Shown here in pieces: positions 62,993-64,000 of a DNA stretch of 64,000 bases (its first letter is position 1; each line of letters begins with the position of its first letter). Made by a program: the position numbers and the translations under genes. This DNA is from Podarcis vaucheri (Eukaryota). The notes under the pieces were generated by a model that saw only the letters and a program-made list of their open reading frames with translations, was not told the DNA's origin and ran no database searches. The stretch is from assembly GCA_965113315.1 (NCBI GenBank), contig OZ220363.1; one strand, 5' to 3'.

Positions 62993-63507
62993 CTGAAATT
63001 ATATAGGAGAAAGTTGATGAAAGTTAATATTACTCTCCATGATATAGATTGAAAATTGAAGACAGCAGCTGCACTGGAGACACCAAGATAACTTCCATCA
63101 ATGTTGCAATTCAAATTTAGTGAATAGAAAATTGGGGTATAATTTTTGAGTCTCAGCCAGTCTGTGCTATTCATAACAACCTAGTTTTCATTGTAATATT
63201 TACAGTATATATATAAAAGCAGCTGACTCTTCTCCACTTATGCTTTCTGTTCTTTGAATGGGATTCCCTGCTCTGCAATCTATAGATAAGGTTAGAGCCT
63301 ATAAAAGAGAATTTTTACTAGAAAATGAAAAATTGAAGCAACAGGTGGCACCTCCTGCAAAAATGTGAATATGCTAAATGTGTAATCCAAACGTGTTTTC
63401 ATCTCTTTGAAAATAGAGATAAAATGTCAAGTGGAAACATATCTTGGTTGATTTCTGCAGTTAGATACTGACTGCAAATAAGATTTGTAAGGGAAGTAAG
63501 TAAGTAA

Positions 63508-63874
63508 GGGGATGCGGGTGGCACTGTGGTCTAAACCTCTGAGCCTAGGGCTTGCTGATCGGAAGGTTAGTGGTTCGAATCCCCGTGATGGGGTGAGCTC
63601 CCATTGTTCGGTCCCAGCTCCTGCCAACCTAGCAGTTCGAAAGCACATCAAAGTTCAAGCAGACAAATAGGTATCGCTCCAGCGGGAAGGTAAATGGCGT
63701 TTCCGTGCGCTGCTCTGGTTTCACCAGAAGCGGCTTAGTCATGCAGGCCACATGACCCAGAAAAACTGTCTGTGGACAAACGTCGGGTCTCTCAGCCAGT
63801 AAAGCAAGATGAGTGCCGCAACCCCAGAGTCATTCGCGACTGGACTTAACTGTCAGGGGTCCTTTACCTTTTAC
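63508..63874 (+). mobile_element. Sauria SINE
   Basis: B box GGTTCGAATCC, cctttaccttt tail, homologous to 50142-50494. Confidence 0.9.
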
Positions 63875-64000
63875 TAAGAGCTTATTATGAACAGAACAGG
63901 ATGTTAGGTATGTATGTGTGTGAGAGAGGGTGGGGAGGGAGGCAGGCAGGCAGGCAGGCTGAATACTCCAAAGAGCCTTGTGCATATCAAAGCCCAATCT

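Overview
Eukaryotic (squamate reptile, probably lacertid lizard, inferred from Sauria and Squam3 SINEs) genomic DNA. Nearly the whole window is one gel-forming mucin gene on the minus strand, most similar to MUC5B within the MUC5AC/MUC5B group. I reconstructed 45 coding exons by hand from 62992 to the stop at 6313. All splice phases chain correctly, giving 16305 nt (5434 aa plus stop); the 5' exons, signal peptide and promoter lie beyond 64000. Domain order: VWD1(part)-C8-TIL, D2, D'D3, a 10293-nt central exon with 12 CysD domains interleaved with Pro/Thr/Ser (PTS) segments, D4, VWC-like modules and a C-terminal cystine knot. Ten of the CysD+PTS units form a near-identical 885-bp coding tandem array. 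Unusual points: the D4 GDPH autocleavage motif is replaced by a shorter D-A-N, an extra intron splits the end of the central exon, one donor is GC, and two cysteines appear lost together just before D4. Introns carry many SINEs, hAT and Tc1/mariner-type MITEs and LINE fragments. I found no prokaryotic-type system, CRISPR array or RNA gene, and no wholly new system; the most novel element is the mucin's central-exon architecture.
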